Shown here: piece by piece, positions 53,915-63,291 of the stretch
Numbering within the stretch: the stretch's first letter is position 1
Layout: every line of letters begins with the position of its first letter
Assembly (NCBI GenBank): GCA_964367895.1
Contig: CAYJAS010000001.1
Coordinates: 2,404-66,403 of the forward strand
Direction: 5' to 3'
Source: an uncultured Oscillospiraceae bacterium
GTDB lineage: Bacteria; Bacillota; Clostridia; Oscillospirales; Butyricicoccaceae
Length of the DNA stretch: 64,000 bases
The notes under the pieces: generated by a model
The model's input: the letters and a program-made list of their open reading frames with translations, nothing else
Told to the model about the DNA's origin: nothing
The model's database searches: none
Position numbers and translations under genes: made by a program

Positions 53915-54817
53915 TTATGCCAAATACTGCTCCATTTCGGTCAGGGGCATGTCACCCTGCAGTGCCAAGTTTATCGCAAATCCGATTGTTTTTGCGCACT
54001 TGGTGGTTAATGCGTCAATATCCTTTGGTGTGACTAACATTTCCCTGAGCTCTTTGGGCGCTTTTTCGCTTGTGTACTCGGCAAGAAGTGATCCCCCGTC
54101 TACCACCGTGGGCACACCTATCGCCACTACCGGCACTCCTAAACTTTGCTTGCTTAGCTCTCTGCGTGCATTATATGCTCCGCTACCCGGCGCTATGCCT
54201 GTGTCGTTGATCTGAAAGGTTGAACAAAGCCTACTCGGGTCCTGTGCGGCAAGGGCATCTATGGCTACTATTGCCGCCGGATTTACCATTGCGCAAACGC
54301 CACGCACAATATCAGCCGTTTCAACCCCTGTTTCGGCAAGCACGCCCGAGGCAATGGCGCACACCGAGCGCATCTGTCCGAATTGTTCGGGCATTGCCTC
54401 TATCAAATGCCGTGTGACAATAACGCTTTCTACTGCAAGTGGCCCAAGCCTGTCCGGAGTTATCGCGCGATTTCCAAGCCCAACTACAAGCACATCACCA
54501 CCTGCCGGTAGCAGTGGCCTTAGCAGCTGCGCCAGCACTTTTGCCGCTGGCATTATCCAGTCGCTGCCAAGCATACTGCCACTCATAGCCGCCGTTTTGT
54601 ACACCCCTTGTGCCTTGCCCATCAAGCTTGCACCATGCTCGTTAATAATCTTAACTTCGGTTATCTCTATCTCCCCTTCGTTGTGCTTTGTCAGCTCTAT
54701 CCCCTCTGAACTCTCCTTTGTTTCCAGCAAGCTGTGGCTCTCTATTGCCAAATCTGTTCTGTTCTGATGCATATATTTTACCGCCATTTCATGTAGTTTA
54801 TAATTATTTTTACCCAA
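53915..54817 (-). CDS. gpr: GPR endopeptidase (spore germination protease)
   Basis: RTDLAIESH, VVGLGNRAITPDRLGP, IVAIDALAA. The ORF-track start is a TTG. ATG codons at aa 11 or 16 are equally possible, so the start is uncertain. Confidence 0.9.
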   Translation of the reverse strand: MGKNNYKLHEMAVKYMHQNRTDLAIESHSLLETKESSEGIELTKHNEGEIEITEVKIINEHGASLMGKAQGVYKTAAMSGSMLGSDWIMPAAKVLAQLLRPLLPAGGDVLVVGLGNRAITPDRLGPLAVESVIVTRHLIEAMPEQFGQMRSVCAIASGVLAETGVETADIVRGVCAMVNPAAIVAIDALAAQDPSRLCSTFQINDTGIAPGSGAYNARRELSKQSLGVPVVAIGVPTVVDGGSLLAEYTSEKAPKELREMLVTPKDIDALTTKCAKTIGFAINLALQGDMPLTEMEQYLA

Positions 54818-54909
54818 ACTATTAAAATATGCAAAATAGTTCTTGCATTTTGCTTATTTTTCTGATAGAATAACTCTGCTACAAATCTGTCGATAAGGAG
54901 GTCGGGATA

Positions 54910-55170
54910 GTGCCTAATATTAAATCTGCAAAAAAGCGCGTACTTGTTTCTAAAGTTCGCAACGCTCGCAATCGTGCGATGAAAACTGCATTGAGAACCA
55001 ATATCAAGAAGTTTGACACTGCCGTCGCTGTCGGCGGAGATCAAGTTACTGCAGCTTATACTGAAGCCATTAAAGGTCTTGATAAGGCTGTTGCCAAGGG
55101 TATCATGCACAAAAATACTGCTGCACGCAAAAAGAGCCAAATCACCAAAAAGCTCAACGCTGCAAACTAA
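54910..55170 (+). CDS. rpsT: 30S ribosomal protein S20
   Basis: PNIKSAKKRVLVSKVRNARNRAMKTALRT. GTG start with AAGGAGG RBS. Confidence 0.95.
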   Translation: MPNIKSAKKRVLVSKVRNARNRAMKTALRTNIKKFDTAVAVGGDQVTAAYTEAIKGLDKAVAKGIMHKNTAARKKSQITKKLNAAN

Positions 55171-55190
55171 TTTTTGTTATTTTATACAGG

Positions 55191-55217
55191 AAAAGCACCA
55201 AATGTGGTGCTTTTTTT
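55191..55217 (+). terminator. rho-independent terminator after rpsT
   Basis: aaaagcacca-aatg-tggtgcttttttt. Confidence 0.85.
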
Positions 55218-55569
55218 GCGTCTTTTTGAATACTATTTCATTGTGAGATGCAATTATTCTTCAGTTGTATATTTTGTATAGTTTGCATAAAAAATATTAC
55301 TTTACAGTTTTGAGGTAATATGTTCTTGGTTTATCATTGTGAAATATTTTTGGCTTAGCGTGTAATATTGGCTGTTTTTTTCGGAAATTTTATTTTGCAC
55401 TGAAAATATTTCCGTGTTATTGCATTGTGTTAATTATGCATTTACAAATTGTTCATTTTGTGATAAACTTTTAGTAATAGTTCACAGGTTTTGAGCTGTT
55501 GATGCGCATGCTATCGGTAATTTTCGCCCGTTTTACGATAGCATGTCAAAATTTTAAGGAGGAAAACTT

Positions 55570-57075
55570 ATGGAAAACATCACACCCGGTGGAACGCCTA
55601 ATCAACCACCAAAATCAACCCCGAAGAAAAAACCCTCTGTTTCGCTTTCGCTTATTCCCATAATTCTAACGATCATTGCCCTATTCTATTGCATCGTTGT
55701 TATAGGAACCGACGTTCACATCCCACTGCTATTCGGTGCCGGAGTGACCGGACTTATCGCCATTTTGGTGCTCGGCTACAAATGGGCAGACCTTGAAAAG
55801 GGCGTTATCGAGTCAATCAGCAGCGTTATGCAAGCTATACTTATTCTCGCCGTAGTTGGCGCACTTATCGGTACATGGATACTGGGCGGTATCGTTCCGA
55901 CACTTATTTATTACGGCCTGCAAATACTTTCGCCGACCTTCTTCCTGGTTGCCGCCGTTCTTCTTTCGAGCGTTGTAGCACTTGCTACCGGTAGTTCTTG
56001 GACAACTGCGGGTACTGTCGGTGTCGCTCTTATCGGTGTTGCACAAGGCCTTGGCATCCCTGTCGGCTTGGCCGCCGGTGCCGTTATATCGGGTGCATAC
56101 TTTGGCGATAAGCTGTCGCCGCTATCCGATACAACCAACCTCGCTCCTGCGGTTGCAGGCTCCAACCTTTTTGATCACATTAAGCACATGCTTTACACAA
56201 CATCGATTTCATACGGTATCACCCTTGTGATATTCACCGTTATCGGTTTTGGTTTTGCAAGTCAAGAGATTGACCAAACGGCTTTGCAAGAGATGCTTTC
56301 TGCTATCAGCTCAAACTATAATGTCACCCCCGTTCTGTTGCTTGCTCCCGTTATAGTCATCGCAATGGTTGCTCTTAAGATTCCCGCACTGCCCGGCCTT
56401 ACCGTCGGCGTGTTGCTCGGCGCAATTTGTGCCGTAGTATTCCAAGGCGGCGGCTCAAGCTTTAATGAGCTTATGGGCTCTGCGCTTGATGCAATGCAAT
56501 ACGGTGTCAGCTCGGCAACCGGACATGAAATGGTCGATGAACTTCTGTCAGGTGGCGGCATTCAAGACATGATGTGGACAATTTCACTCATTATGTGTGC
56601 TATGACCTTTGGCGGTATACTTGAAGAAACCGGAATGCTGGAATCAATCGCCGCCGCTTCCCTTTCACTTGCAAAGAGAACCGGCTCGCTCATATTGATA
56701 ACGGCAATTTCCTGCCTCGTTGTCAACATTCTCTCGGGTGACCAGTATCTCGGTATTGCACTGCCCGGTAAGATGTACAAGGCCGAGTACAAAAAACGCG
56801 GACTTGCACCTCGAAACCTCTCCCGTGTACTTGAAGACTCGGGTACAGTTACCTCGGCTCTTGTGCCGTGGAACACCTGCGGCGCGGCTATGTCCACCTT
56901 CCTCGGCGTTCCGACCGTGGCATATCTGCCGTATGCCTTCTTCAATCTTCTCAGCCCGATTGTTTCTGTTGTGGCCGGCTACACCGGTTTCACCATTATG
57001 AAACTTGAAGATGACCCGTCTGCAGCCGAGTATACCGGCAAAAAACCAAAAGCAAAAGCTAACGCAGGCGACTAA
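55570..57075 (+). CDS. NhaC-family antiporter-type membrane transporter (paralog 2)
   Basis: 501-aa polytopic protein with ISGAYFGDKLSPLSDTTNLAPAV, typical of NhaC/MleN/MetT-type carriers. AAGGAGG RBS. Confidence 0.85.
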   Translation: MENITPGGTPNQPPKSTPKKKPSVSLSLIPIILTIIALFYCIVVIGTDVHIPLLFGAGVTGLIAILVLGYKWADLEKGVIESISSVMQAILILAVVGALIGTWILGGIVPTLIYYGLQILSPTFFLVAAVLLSSVVALATGSSWTTAGTVGVALIGVAQGLGIPVGLAAGAVISGAYFGDKLSPLSDTTNLAPAVAGSNLFDHIKHMLYTTSISYGITLVIFTVIGFGFASQEIDQTALQEMLSAISSNYNVTPVLLLAPVIVIAMVALKIPALPGLTVGVLLGAICAVVFQGGGSSFNELMGSALDAMQYGVSSATGHEMVDELLSGGGIQDMMWTISLIMCAMTFGGILEETGMLESIAAASLSLAKRTGSLILITAISCLVVNILSGDQYLGIALPGKMYKAEYKKRGLAPRNLSRVLEDSGTVTSALVPWNTCGAAMSTFLGVPTVAYLPYAFFNLLSPIVSVVAGYTGFTIMKLEDDPSAAEYTGKKPKAKANAGD

Positions 57076-57091
57076 CACTTAATGCTTACAT

Positions 57092-57131
57092 AAAGAACCT
57101 ACCGCAATTAAATTGCGGTAGGTTCTTTTAA
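57092..57131 (+). terminator. rho-independent terminator after nhaC paralog 2
   Basis: aaagaacctaccgcaat-taa-attgcggtaggttctttt (17-bp stem). Confidence 0.85.
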
Positions 57132-57189
57132 TTCTAAGCGAGTAAAAAAAGATACATCTTAAAAAATATTGCACAAAAAACCAACAAAA

Positions 57190-57279
57190 TGTAGGGTCGA
57201 GTCTTGACTCGACCGTTGCAAATTAGTTAACAATATGCACTTATACAATGTTGCGGAACGGTCAAGACCGTTCCCTACA
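57190..57279. repeat. 90-nt composite inverted-repeat element with two internal 20-nt palindromes
   Basis: tgta-GGTCGAGTC-tt-GACTCGACC-gttgca ... gttgc-GGAACGGTC-aa-GACCGTTCC-ctaca. The outer ends tgtaggg/ccctaca are complementary. The element lies between two independent terminators of convergent genes. Confidence 0.7.
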
Positions 57280-57333
57280 ACCGATGTTTATGAAAATATC
57301 GATATATGATTTGCAATAGCTTTTTTGACACGC

Positions 57334-57366
57334 TAAAAAAACCGCCCTTTCGGGCGGTTTTTTATT
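57334..57366 (-). terminator. rho-independent (symmetrical) terminator after the aminotransferase gene
   Basis: aaaaaaaccgccc-tttc-gggcggtttttt. Confidence 0.85.
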
Positions 57367-57373
57367 ATGAAAA

Positions 57374-58546
57374 TTACTTTTTGCGTGTAGCTACAAAACG
57401 CTCGATACGCTCCATTGCGATTTTGAGTTGCTCCATCGAATATGCATATGAAATACGCACATGGTTTGCACCGCAATCGCCAAATGCATCACCGGGTACA
57501 ACTGCCAACTCTTGCTCTTTAAGCAAAGTTTCGACAAAATCTCCGCCGTCTTTTGCGAACATTGAAACGTCGGGGAATATGTAGAAGGCACCTTCCGGCT
57601 CAAAGCAGTCAAATCCGAGCTCAAGCAGGCGCTTATAGAGGAATTTGCGACGCTCATTATACTCGTCACGCATTCTCTTAATATCATCTGCTCCATGCTG
57701 AAGCGCTTGGATAGAAGCGTACTGTGCCGGGGTCGAAGCGCACATCAGCGCATACTGATGCAGGCGTGCAATGTAGAGCATGAGCTCTTTGGGGCCACAG
57801 CAGTATCCCATACGCCAGCCTGTCATGGCAAATGCCTTGGAGAAGCCGCTGACGACGATTGTACGATCCCACATGCCGGGAAGTGCGGCAAATGAAGTGT
57901 GTTTAAATCCATAAGTCAGCTCGGCATAAATTTCGTCCGAAATGACCACAATATTTGTGTCTTTGATGACTTCGGCAATGGCCTCAAGCTCGCTCTTGGT
58001 CATTACTCCGCCGGTCGGGTTGTTGGGGTAAGACAAAAGCAGAAGCTTTGTCTTGGGAGTAATAGCCTTTTTAAGGTCTTCAGGCATCAGCTTAAAGCTA
58101 TTTTCCTTTGTGGTCTTAAGGGCGACAGGTTTTGCGCCTGTGACTGCTGTCAGCGGTGAGTAGCAGACAAAGGCCGGCTCGGGGATCAAAAACTCATCGC
58201 CCGGCTCCAAAAATGCGCGAATACACAGGTCAATAGCTTCAGAACCGCCAACCGTCACAACTACTTCGCTGTCATAGTCGTATGAAATATCGAAGGAGCG
58301 CTCAAGATATTTGGAAATCTCTTTACGCAAGGTGATAAGGCCTGCATTTGCGGTGTACTGAGTTTTACCATCAAGCAGTGACTGCACACCGGCGTCCAAA
58401 ATATGTTTCGGGGTAATAAAGTCGGGCTCTCCTACACCGAGTGAAATGGCGTTGGGCATTGTTTCGGCGATGCCGAAATACTTGCGTATGCCGGACGGTT
58501 TAATGTCGGCTACAATTGGGTTTACTACTTTTTTGTAATCAATCAT
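57374..58546 (-). CDS. class I/II pyridoxal-phosphate-dependent aminotransferase (aspartate/aromatic type)
   Basis: LGVGEPDF, YPNNPTG, SDEIYAEL, PLP-Lys motif SGFSKAFAMTGWRMGY. 390 aa. Confidence 0.9.
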   Translation of the reverse strand: MIDYKKVVNPIVADIKPSGIRKYFGIAETMPNAISLGVGEPDFITPKHILDAGVQSLLDGKTQYTANAGLITLRKEISKYLERSFDISYDYDSEVVVTVGGSEAIDLCIRAFLEPGDEFLIPEPAFVCYSPLTAVTGAKPVALKTTKENSFKLMPEDLKKAITPKTKLLLLSYPNNPTGGVMTKSELEAIAEVIKDTNIVVISDEIYAELTYGFKHTSFAALPGMWDRTIVVSGFSKAFAMTGWRMGYCCGPKELMLYIARLHQYALMCASTPAQYASIQALQHGADDIKRMRDEYNERRKFLYKRLLELGFDCFEPEGAFYIFPDVSMFAKDGGDFVETLLKEQELAVVPGDAFGDCGANHVRISYAYSMEQLKIAMERIERFVATRKK

Positions 58547-58689
58547 CTTTTTGCTACCTCCAAAATATTAACTTTATAAATAATGTATATTCCTTAGATG
58601 GTGTTTACATAGGTATCACAATAATATACACCACCCAAAACAGTATATCACTGAAATTGTGCTCACGCAATAGGAAAATTGCAAAATAC

Positions 58690-58725
58690 AATAAAAATCG
58701 CCCTTCGAATTGCTCCGAAGGGCGA
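58690..58725 (-). terminator. rho-independent terminator after hydA
   Basis: Minus strand: tcgcccttcg-gagcaatt-cgaagggcga followed by ttttt. Confidence 0.8.
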
Positions 58726-58763
58726 CTTACTTGTGTTGCTGTTAATTTCTATGCTACAAGCTA

Positions 58764-60545
58764 TTAATATTTCTTCCTCGGGGCATAATGTGTGTGCAGT
58801 AAGTGATGGGCCTTGCCATGTCCCGGACCCTCTGTCAAGTAGGTTGAATAAACCTCTTTGACAATCGGATTTTCATGGCTCTTACGCAGTTTCATATCTG
58901 CATCTTCTTTGTAAAGACCCTTTGCGCGCTGTGCACGAACATTCATATTGTTGCGAACTTGGCTGTGGACAATGGGTTGTCCGCCGCCGTTTACGCAACC
59001 GCCCGGGCAAGCCATAATCTCAATGAAGTGATAATTCTTCTCGCCCGCTTTGACTTGCTCCAGCACTTTTCTTGCATTAATTGTACCCGAAACGACGGCA
59101 ACATTTACATCAATATCGCCAACCTTAACGGTTGCTTCTTTGATGCCCTCAGTTCCTCTGACTGCTGTAAAGTCAAGAGCTTTAAGCTCCTCACCTGTTA
59201 CAACTTCGTAAACGGTACGCAGAGCAGCTTCCATAACACCGCCGGTTGCGCCGAAGATGTGAGCTGCGCCGGAAGCTACGCCGAACATCGGATCAAAGGT
59301 CTCGGTCTCGGGTAGGCTTTCAAACATGATTCCCGCACGGCGAACCATACGTGCAAACTCACGGGTAGTGATTGTGATATCAACATCGGGAAGATTGTTT
59401 ACAGCTGCATGCTCAGGGCGAATAACCTCAAACTTTTTAGCTGTGCAAGGCATTACGGTGACAACTACGATGTCCTCCGGCTTGATGCCCATTTTTTCAG
59501 CATAATAGCTCTTCATTAGTGCGCCGAACATCTGCTGAGGTGACTTAGCCGAGCTGAGGTTGGGAATAAACTCGGGGAAATTGTACTCGCAGAACTTGAC
59601 CCAGCCCGGTGAGCACGAGGTGATGAGCGGTAAAACGCCGTTCTTTGTAAGGCGCTCAATAAACTCGGTACCCTCTTCCATGATGGTGAAGTCGGCGGCG
59701 GTATCTACATCAAATACTCCGTCAAATCCCATACGGCGCAGGGCTGCCGCCATCTTCCCTTCTGTGTTTTCGCCCATGGGGTAGCCAAACTCTTCGCCCA
59801 CTTGCACACGCACCGACGGTGCAGTACCAACAACAACATGCTTTGTAGGATCGTTGAGTGCCGCCCATACGCGGTCTGTATCGTCTTTTTCACGAAGTGC
59901 ACCGGTCGGGCACACCACCGCACATTGTCCGCACGAGATACATGCTGTCTTTTCAAGGGGCATGTCAAATGCAGGTGCGATATGTGTGTCATATCCACGC
60001 TCATTTGCGCCGATTACCGCACATCCTTGGTTGTACTTACATGCTGCAACACAGCGACGGCACAGAATGCACTTGCTGTTGTCACGAACGAGCACCGGAT
60101 TTACATCTACGATGCCACCCTTGTCGCCGTGTCCGTCATATTTATATTCGTCGCAACCGTACTCTTTAGACAGTTGCTGAAGCTCACAGGTGCCACTGCG
60201 CACGCAGGAGAGGCAGTCTTTTCTGTGGTTTGACATAATCAGTTCAAGTGTGGTTTTGCGAGCCTTGCGAAGCTCAGGTGTGTTTGTAAACACCTCCATA
60301 AGCGTTTCTTCGCCTGTTTTGGGGTCTTTGCGGGGAGGTTCTACCGGATATACACAAGCGGCGGCATAAGAGCGTGCGCCCTTGACTTCGCAAAGGCAAA
60401 CACGGCAAGCGCCGATAGCATTGATTTTTTTAAGGTAGCAAAGGGTCGGGATTTCGACATGCGCAAGGCGTGCTGCCTCGAGAATTGTCGAGCCGGCCGG
60501 TGCTTCGACTACCATACCGTTTACTTTTAGTTTAACTGTATCCAT
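58764..60545 (-). CDS. hydA: [FeFe]-hydrogenase catalytic subunit, NuoG-like N-terminus (HydA of a HydABC-type complex)
   Basis: N-terminal 2Fe-2S and His-ligated/4Fe-4S Cys motifs. Two ferredoxin-type CxxCxxCxxxCP motifs. H-cluster motifs L1 TSCSPGW, L2 MPCTAKKFE, L3 EIMACPGGCVNGGGQP. Confidence 0.9.
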   Translation of the reverse strand: MDTVKLKVNGMVVEAPAGSTILEAARLAHVEIPTLCYLKKINAIGACRVCLCEVKGARSYAAACVYPVEPPRKDPKTGEETLMEVFTNTPELRKARKTTLELIMSNHRKDCLSCVRSGTCELQQLSKEYGCDEYKYDGHGDKGGIVDVNPVLVRDNSKCILCRRCVAACKYNQGCAVIGANERGYDTHIAPAFDMPLEKTACISCGQCAVVCPTGALREKDDTDRVWAALNDPTKHVVVGTAPSVRVQVGEEFGYPMGENTEGKMAAALRRMGFDGVFDVDTAADFTIMEEGTEFIERLTKNGVLPLITSCSPGWVKFCEYNFPEFIPNLSSAKSPQQMFGALMKSYYAEKMGIKPEDIVVVTVMPCTAKKFEVIRPEHAAVNNLPDVDITITTREFARMVRRAGIMFESLPETETFDPMFGVASGAAHIFGATGGVMEAALRTVYEVVTGEELKALDFTAVRGTEGIKEATVKVGDIDVNVAVVSGTINARKVLEQVKAGEKNYHFIEIMACPGGCVNGGGQPIVHSQVRNNMNVRAQRAKGLYKEDADMKLRKSHENPIVKEVYSTYLTEGPGHGKAHHLLHTHYAPRKKY

Positions 60546-60563
60546 CTTGTTCTCCTTTCGGCC

Positions 60564-62360
60564 TTACTGCTTGACAATTGCCGCAAACTTGCAGGTTTCA
60601 ACGCAAGCGCCGCACTTGATGCATTTTATAGGATCTATAACATGTTTCTCTTTTACCTTGCCCACAATTGCGTTTACCGGGCACTTACGTGAGCAAGCGG
60701 TACAGCCTATGCACTTGTCGGCAATGATGCTGTAGCCGATAAGGTCTTTACAGACGGCGGCCGGGCATTTTTTGTCGACGATATGTGCAACATACTCGTC
60801 ACGGAAATAACGCATTGTCGAAAGCACGGGGTTTGGTGCGGTTTGTCCGAGGCCGCAAAGCGAGTTTGCTTTAATATAATGGCAAAGCTCTTCAAGCTTG
60901 TCAAGGTCGACCATCTCACCATTGCCCGAAGTGATTTTCTCAAGAAGTTCAAGCAGGCGCTTTGTGCCTACACGGCAAGCGGTACATTTTCCGCAGCTCT
61001 CTTCAACCGTGAAGTCAAGGAAGAACTTTGCGATATCGACCATGCAGGTGTCCTCATCCATAACGATAAGACCACCAGAGCCCATCATTGAACCGATGGC
61101 AAGCAGGTTGTCATAGTCAATCGGAGTGTCGATAAGCTCTGCGGGGATACAGCCGCCCGACGGGCCGCCGGTCTGTGCCGCTTTGAACTTTTTACCGTCG
61201 GGAATACCGCCACCGATTTCCTCGATGATTTCACGCAGTGTTGTTCCCATCGGAACTTCGACAAGTCCTGTATTGGTAATCTTTCCGACAAGGGCAAAAA
61301 CCTTTGTTCCCTTGCTCTTTTCGGTTCCCATAGCGGCAAACCACTCGGGTCCGTTTACAAAGATTTGCGGTATATTAGCATATGTTTCAACATTGTTGAG
61401 AACGGTCGGCTTGCCAAACAAGCCCTTGACCGCCGGGAATGGCGGACGGACGCGCGGCTCACCTCTGTTGCCCTCGATAGAGGTCATCAGAGCGGTTTCC
61501 TCACCGCAGACAAAGGCGCCTGCGCCGAAACGCATTTCCATGTCAAAGTCAAATCCGCTTCCGAAGATGTCCTTGCCCAAAAATCCGTATTCTCTGGCTT
61601 GCTCAATGGCAATTCCAAGACGGTGAATTGCAATGGGGTATTCTGCACGAACATAAACATATCCGTGACTTGCTCCGATTGCATAACCGGCAATAATCAT
61701 AGCCTCGATAAGGGCATGGGGGTCACCTTCGAGCACGCTACGATCCATAAATGCACCGGGGTCACCTTCGTCGGCATTACATGCGACATATTTAACCGGG
61801 CCGGGTGAGTTGGCCGCAAAGCGCCATTTAAGTCCGGTCGGGAAGCCTGCACCGCCACGACCACGAAGGCCTGACTTTAGCAGTGTTTCAATAACATCTT
61901 CCGGCTTCATTTCGGTAAGTACACGGCCAAGTGCCTCATAACCGTCAACAGCGATATACTCCTCGATATTCTCGGGGTTTATAACACCACAGTTGCGCAG
62001 TGCAATACGCTTTTGTTTTTCGTAAAACTTTGTGTCATTAAGGCTTCTGATATTGTTATCATCAATCACTGTCTCTTTGTACAGCAGACGCTTAACAATA
62101 CGGCCTTTTACAAGATGCTCGGAAACGATTTCCGAAATATCCTCTTTTGTGACATTTGAGTAGAAACATCCCTCGGGATAAACTATCATTATCGGGCCGA
62201 GTGCACAAAGTCCGAAGCAGCCTGTTTTGACTACCTTAACTTCTTTATTGAGGTCATTTGCCTCGATTTCCATGTTGAGCAGGTCTATAAGCTGCTCACT
62301 GCCCGATGCGGAACATCCTGTGCCTCCGCAGACAAGAATGTGAGAACGGTATAATTCCAT
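60564..62360 (-). CDS. hydB: NuoF-like NAD(H)-binding flavoprotein subunit (HydB)
   Basis: N-terminal thioredoxin-like 2Fe-2S (HILVCGGTGC), FMN/NADH site GRGGAGFPTGLKW, SLBB, N3-type ESCGKCTACR, two C-terminal ferredoxin motifs. Start at MELYRS with AAGGAGG RBS. Confidence 0.9.
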   Translation of the reverse strand: MELYRSHILVCGGTGCSASGSEQLIDLLNMEIEANDLNKEVKVVKTGCFGLCALGPIMIVYPEGCFYSNVTKEDISEIVSEHLVKGRIVKRLLYKETVIDDNNIRSLNDTKFYEKQKRIALRNCGVINPENIEEYIAVDGYEALGRVLTEMKPEDVIETLLKSGLRGRGGAGFPTGLKWRFAANSPGPVKYVACNADEGDPGAFMDRSVLEGDPHALIEAMIIAGYAIGASHGYVYVRAEYPIAIHRLGIAIEQAREYGFLGKDIFGSGFDFDMEMRFGAGAFVCGEETALMTSIEGNRGEPRVRPPFPAVKGLFGKPTVLNNVETYANIPQIFVNGPEWFAAMGTEKSKGTKVFALVGKITNTGLVEVPMGTTLREIIEEIGGGIPDGKKFKAAQTGGPSGGCIPAELIDTPIDYDNLLAIGSMMGSGGLIVMDEDTCMVDIAKFFLDFTVEESCGKCTACRVGTKRLLELLEKITSGNGEMVDLDKLEELCHYIKANSLCGLGQTAPNPVLSTMRYFRDEYVAHIVDKKCPAAVCKDLIGYSIIADKCIGCTACSRKCPVNAIVGKVKEKHVIDPIKCIKCGACVETCKFAAIVKQ

Positions 62361-62370
62361 TTTTACCTCC

Positions 62371-62739
62371 TTATTTCGCTGAGCCGACAGTGTATTGGTC
62401 AACAACTTGTCCGTTTACGATATGATCGGACATGATTTTCGCCACCTTGTCAGGGCTCATCTGAACGTAGGTTACCTTCTCTTGACCGGGCACATGTACC
62501 TCTACAATCGGCTCAAGCTTACATAGTCCGATACAGCCGGTCTGTGTCACCATGACATTGTCAAGGCCACGAGTTTTGGTCTCCTCCAGAAAGGCTGTCA
62601 GAACAGGGCGTGCTCCGGCGGCAATTCCGCAGGTAGCCATACCAACCACAATTCTGATATTATCCGGGTTTTCCTGACGCATAATAACGCTGTCTTTTGC
62701 TTTTTCTTTAATTGCTCTGAGTTCTGCTAAAGATTTCAT
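62371..62739 (-). CDS. thioredoxin-like [2Fe-2S] ferredoxin
   Basis: 122 aa. GMATCGIAAGA and TGCIGLCKLEP Cys pairs. Confidence 0.8.
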   Translation of the reverse strand: MKSLAELRAIKEKAKDSVIMRQENPDNIRIVVGMATCGIAAGARPVLTAFLEETKTRGLDNVMVTQTGCIGLCKLEPIVEVHVPGQEKVTYVQMSPDKVAKIMSDHIVNGQVVDQYTVGSAK

Positions 62740-63291
62740 TTATAACGCACCTCCGTTAAGTTCTCTTTCATTTTCATTTACAAAGCTCTCAATAAACGCA
62801 AGCACATCGGGTGTATCAAGCGGGACGCCGTCAAGCTCCCGTGCAATTTCCAATGTATCAAGCGTAAAGCTCTGCTCCCCCCTCTGACGCCTATATATAA
62901 AACGTGTTTCGGGAGTTTGCTGCACCAGCAGCATCATTGTTGCACCCATATCACCGATAGGCAAGCAGTCTACACTGCTTAAATCATATTCGGCGTACAG
63001 TTTTGTTCCCTTTCCCTCTGTGCTTTCGATGTCAAACCGTCCGCCGGTCAGCTCTGCCGTCATCTTAAGAAGCGGTATGCCGAGCCCGACCTTTCTGGTC
63101 TTTCGACTTGTGGTAAACGGCGAGGTCACATTTTCAAGCATCTCAGCACTCATGCCCGAGCCGTCGTCTGTGACGGTGACTTCAAGCCTGTTGCCGATTT
63201 GCCGCTCAAGCATGTCTATTGTTATGCAGCTTGCTCCTGCCGTTATCGAGTTTTGCGCTATGTCGAGGATGTGAAGGGACAACTCATTCAT
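62740..63291 (-). CDS. stand-alone GHKL (histidine-kinase-like) ATPase domain protein
   Basis: 183 aa from MNELSL. N-box HILDIAQNSITAG, G1 TDDGSGM, G2 GLGIPL, G3-like GKGT. No DHp/His-phosphotransfer segment. ATGA overlap with the upstream nuoE-like stop. The ORF-track extension to 63396 is rejected. Confidence 0.75.
   Translation of the reverse strand: MNELSLHILDIAQNSITAGASCITIDMLERQIGNRLEVTVTDDGSGMSAEMLENVTSPFTTSRKTRKVGLGIPLLKMTAELTGGRFDIESTEGKGTKLYAEYDLSSVDCLPIGDMGATMMLLVQQTPETRFIYRRQRGEQSFTLDTLEIARELDGVPLDTPDVLAFIESFVNENERELNGGAL

Noticed and set aside
57306-57584. 92-aa plus-strand ORF spanning the aminotransferase terminator
   Set aside because: It starts in the intergenic region, reads through a strong terminator hairpin and then runs antisense to the aminotransferase 3' end. 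It has no RBS.
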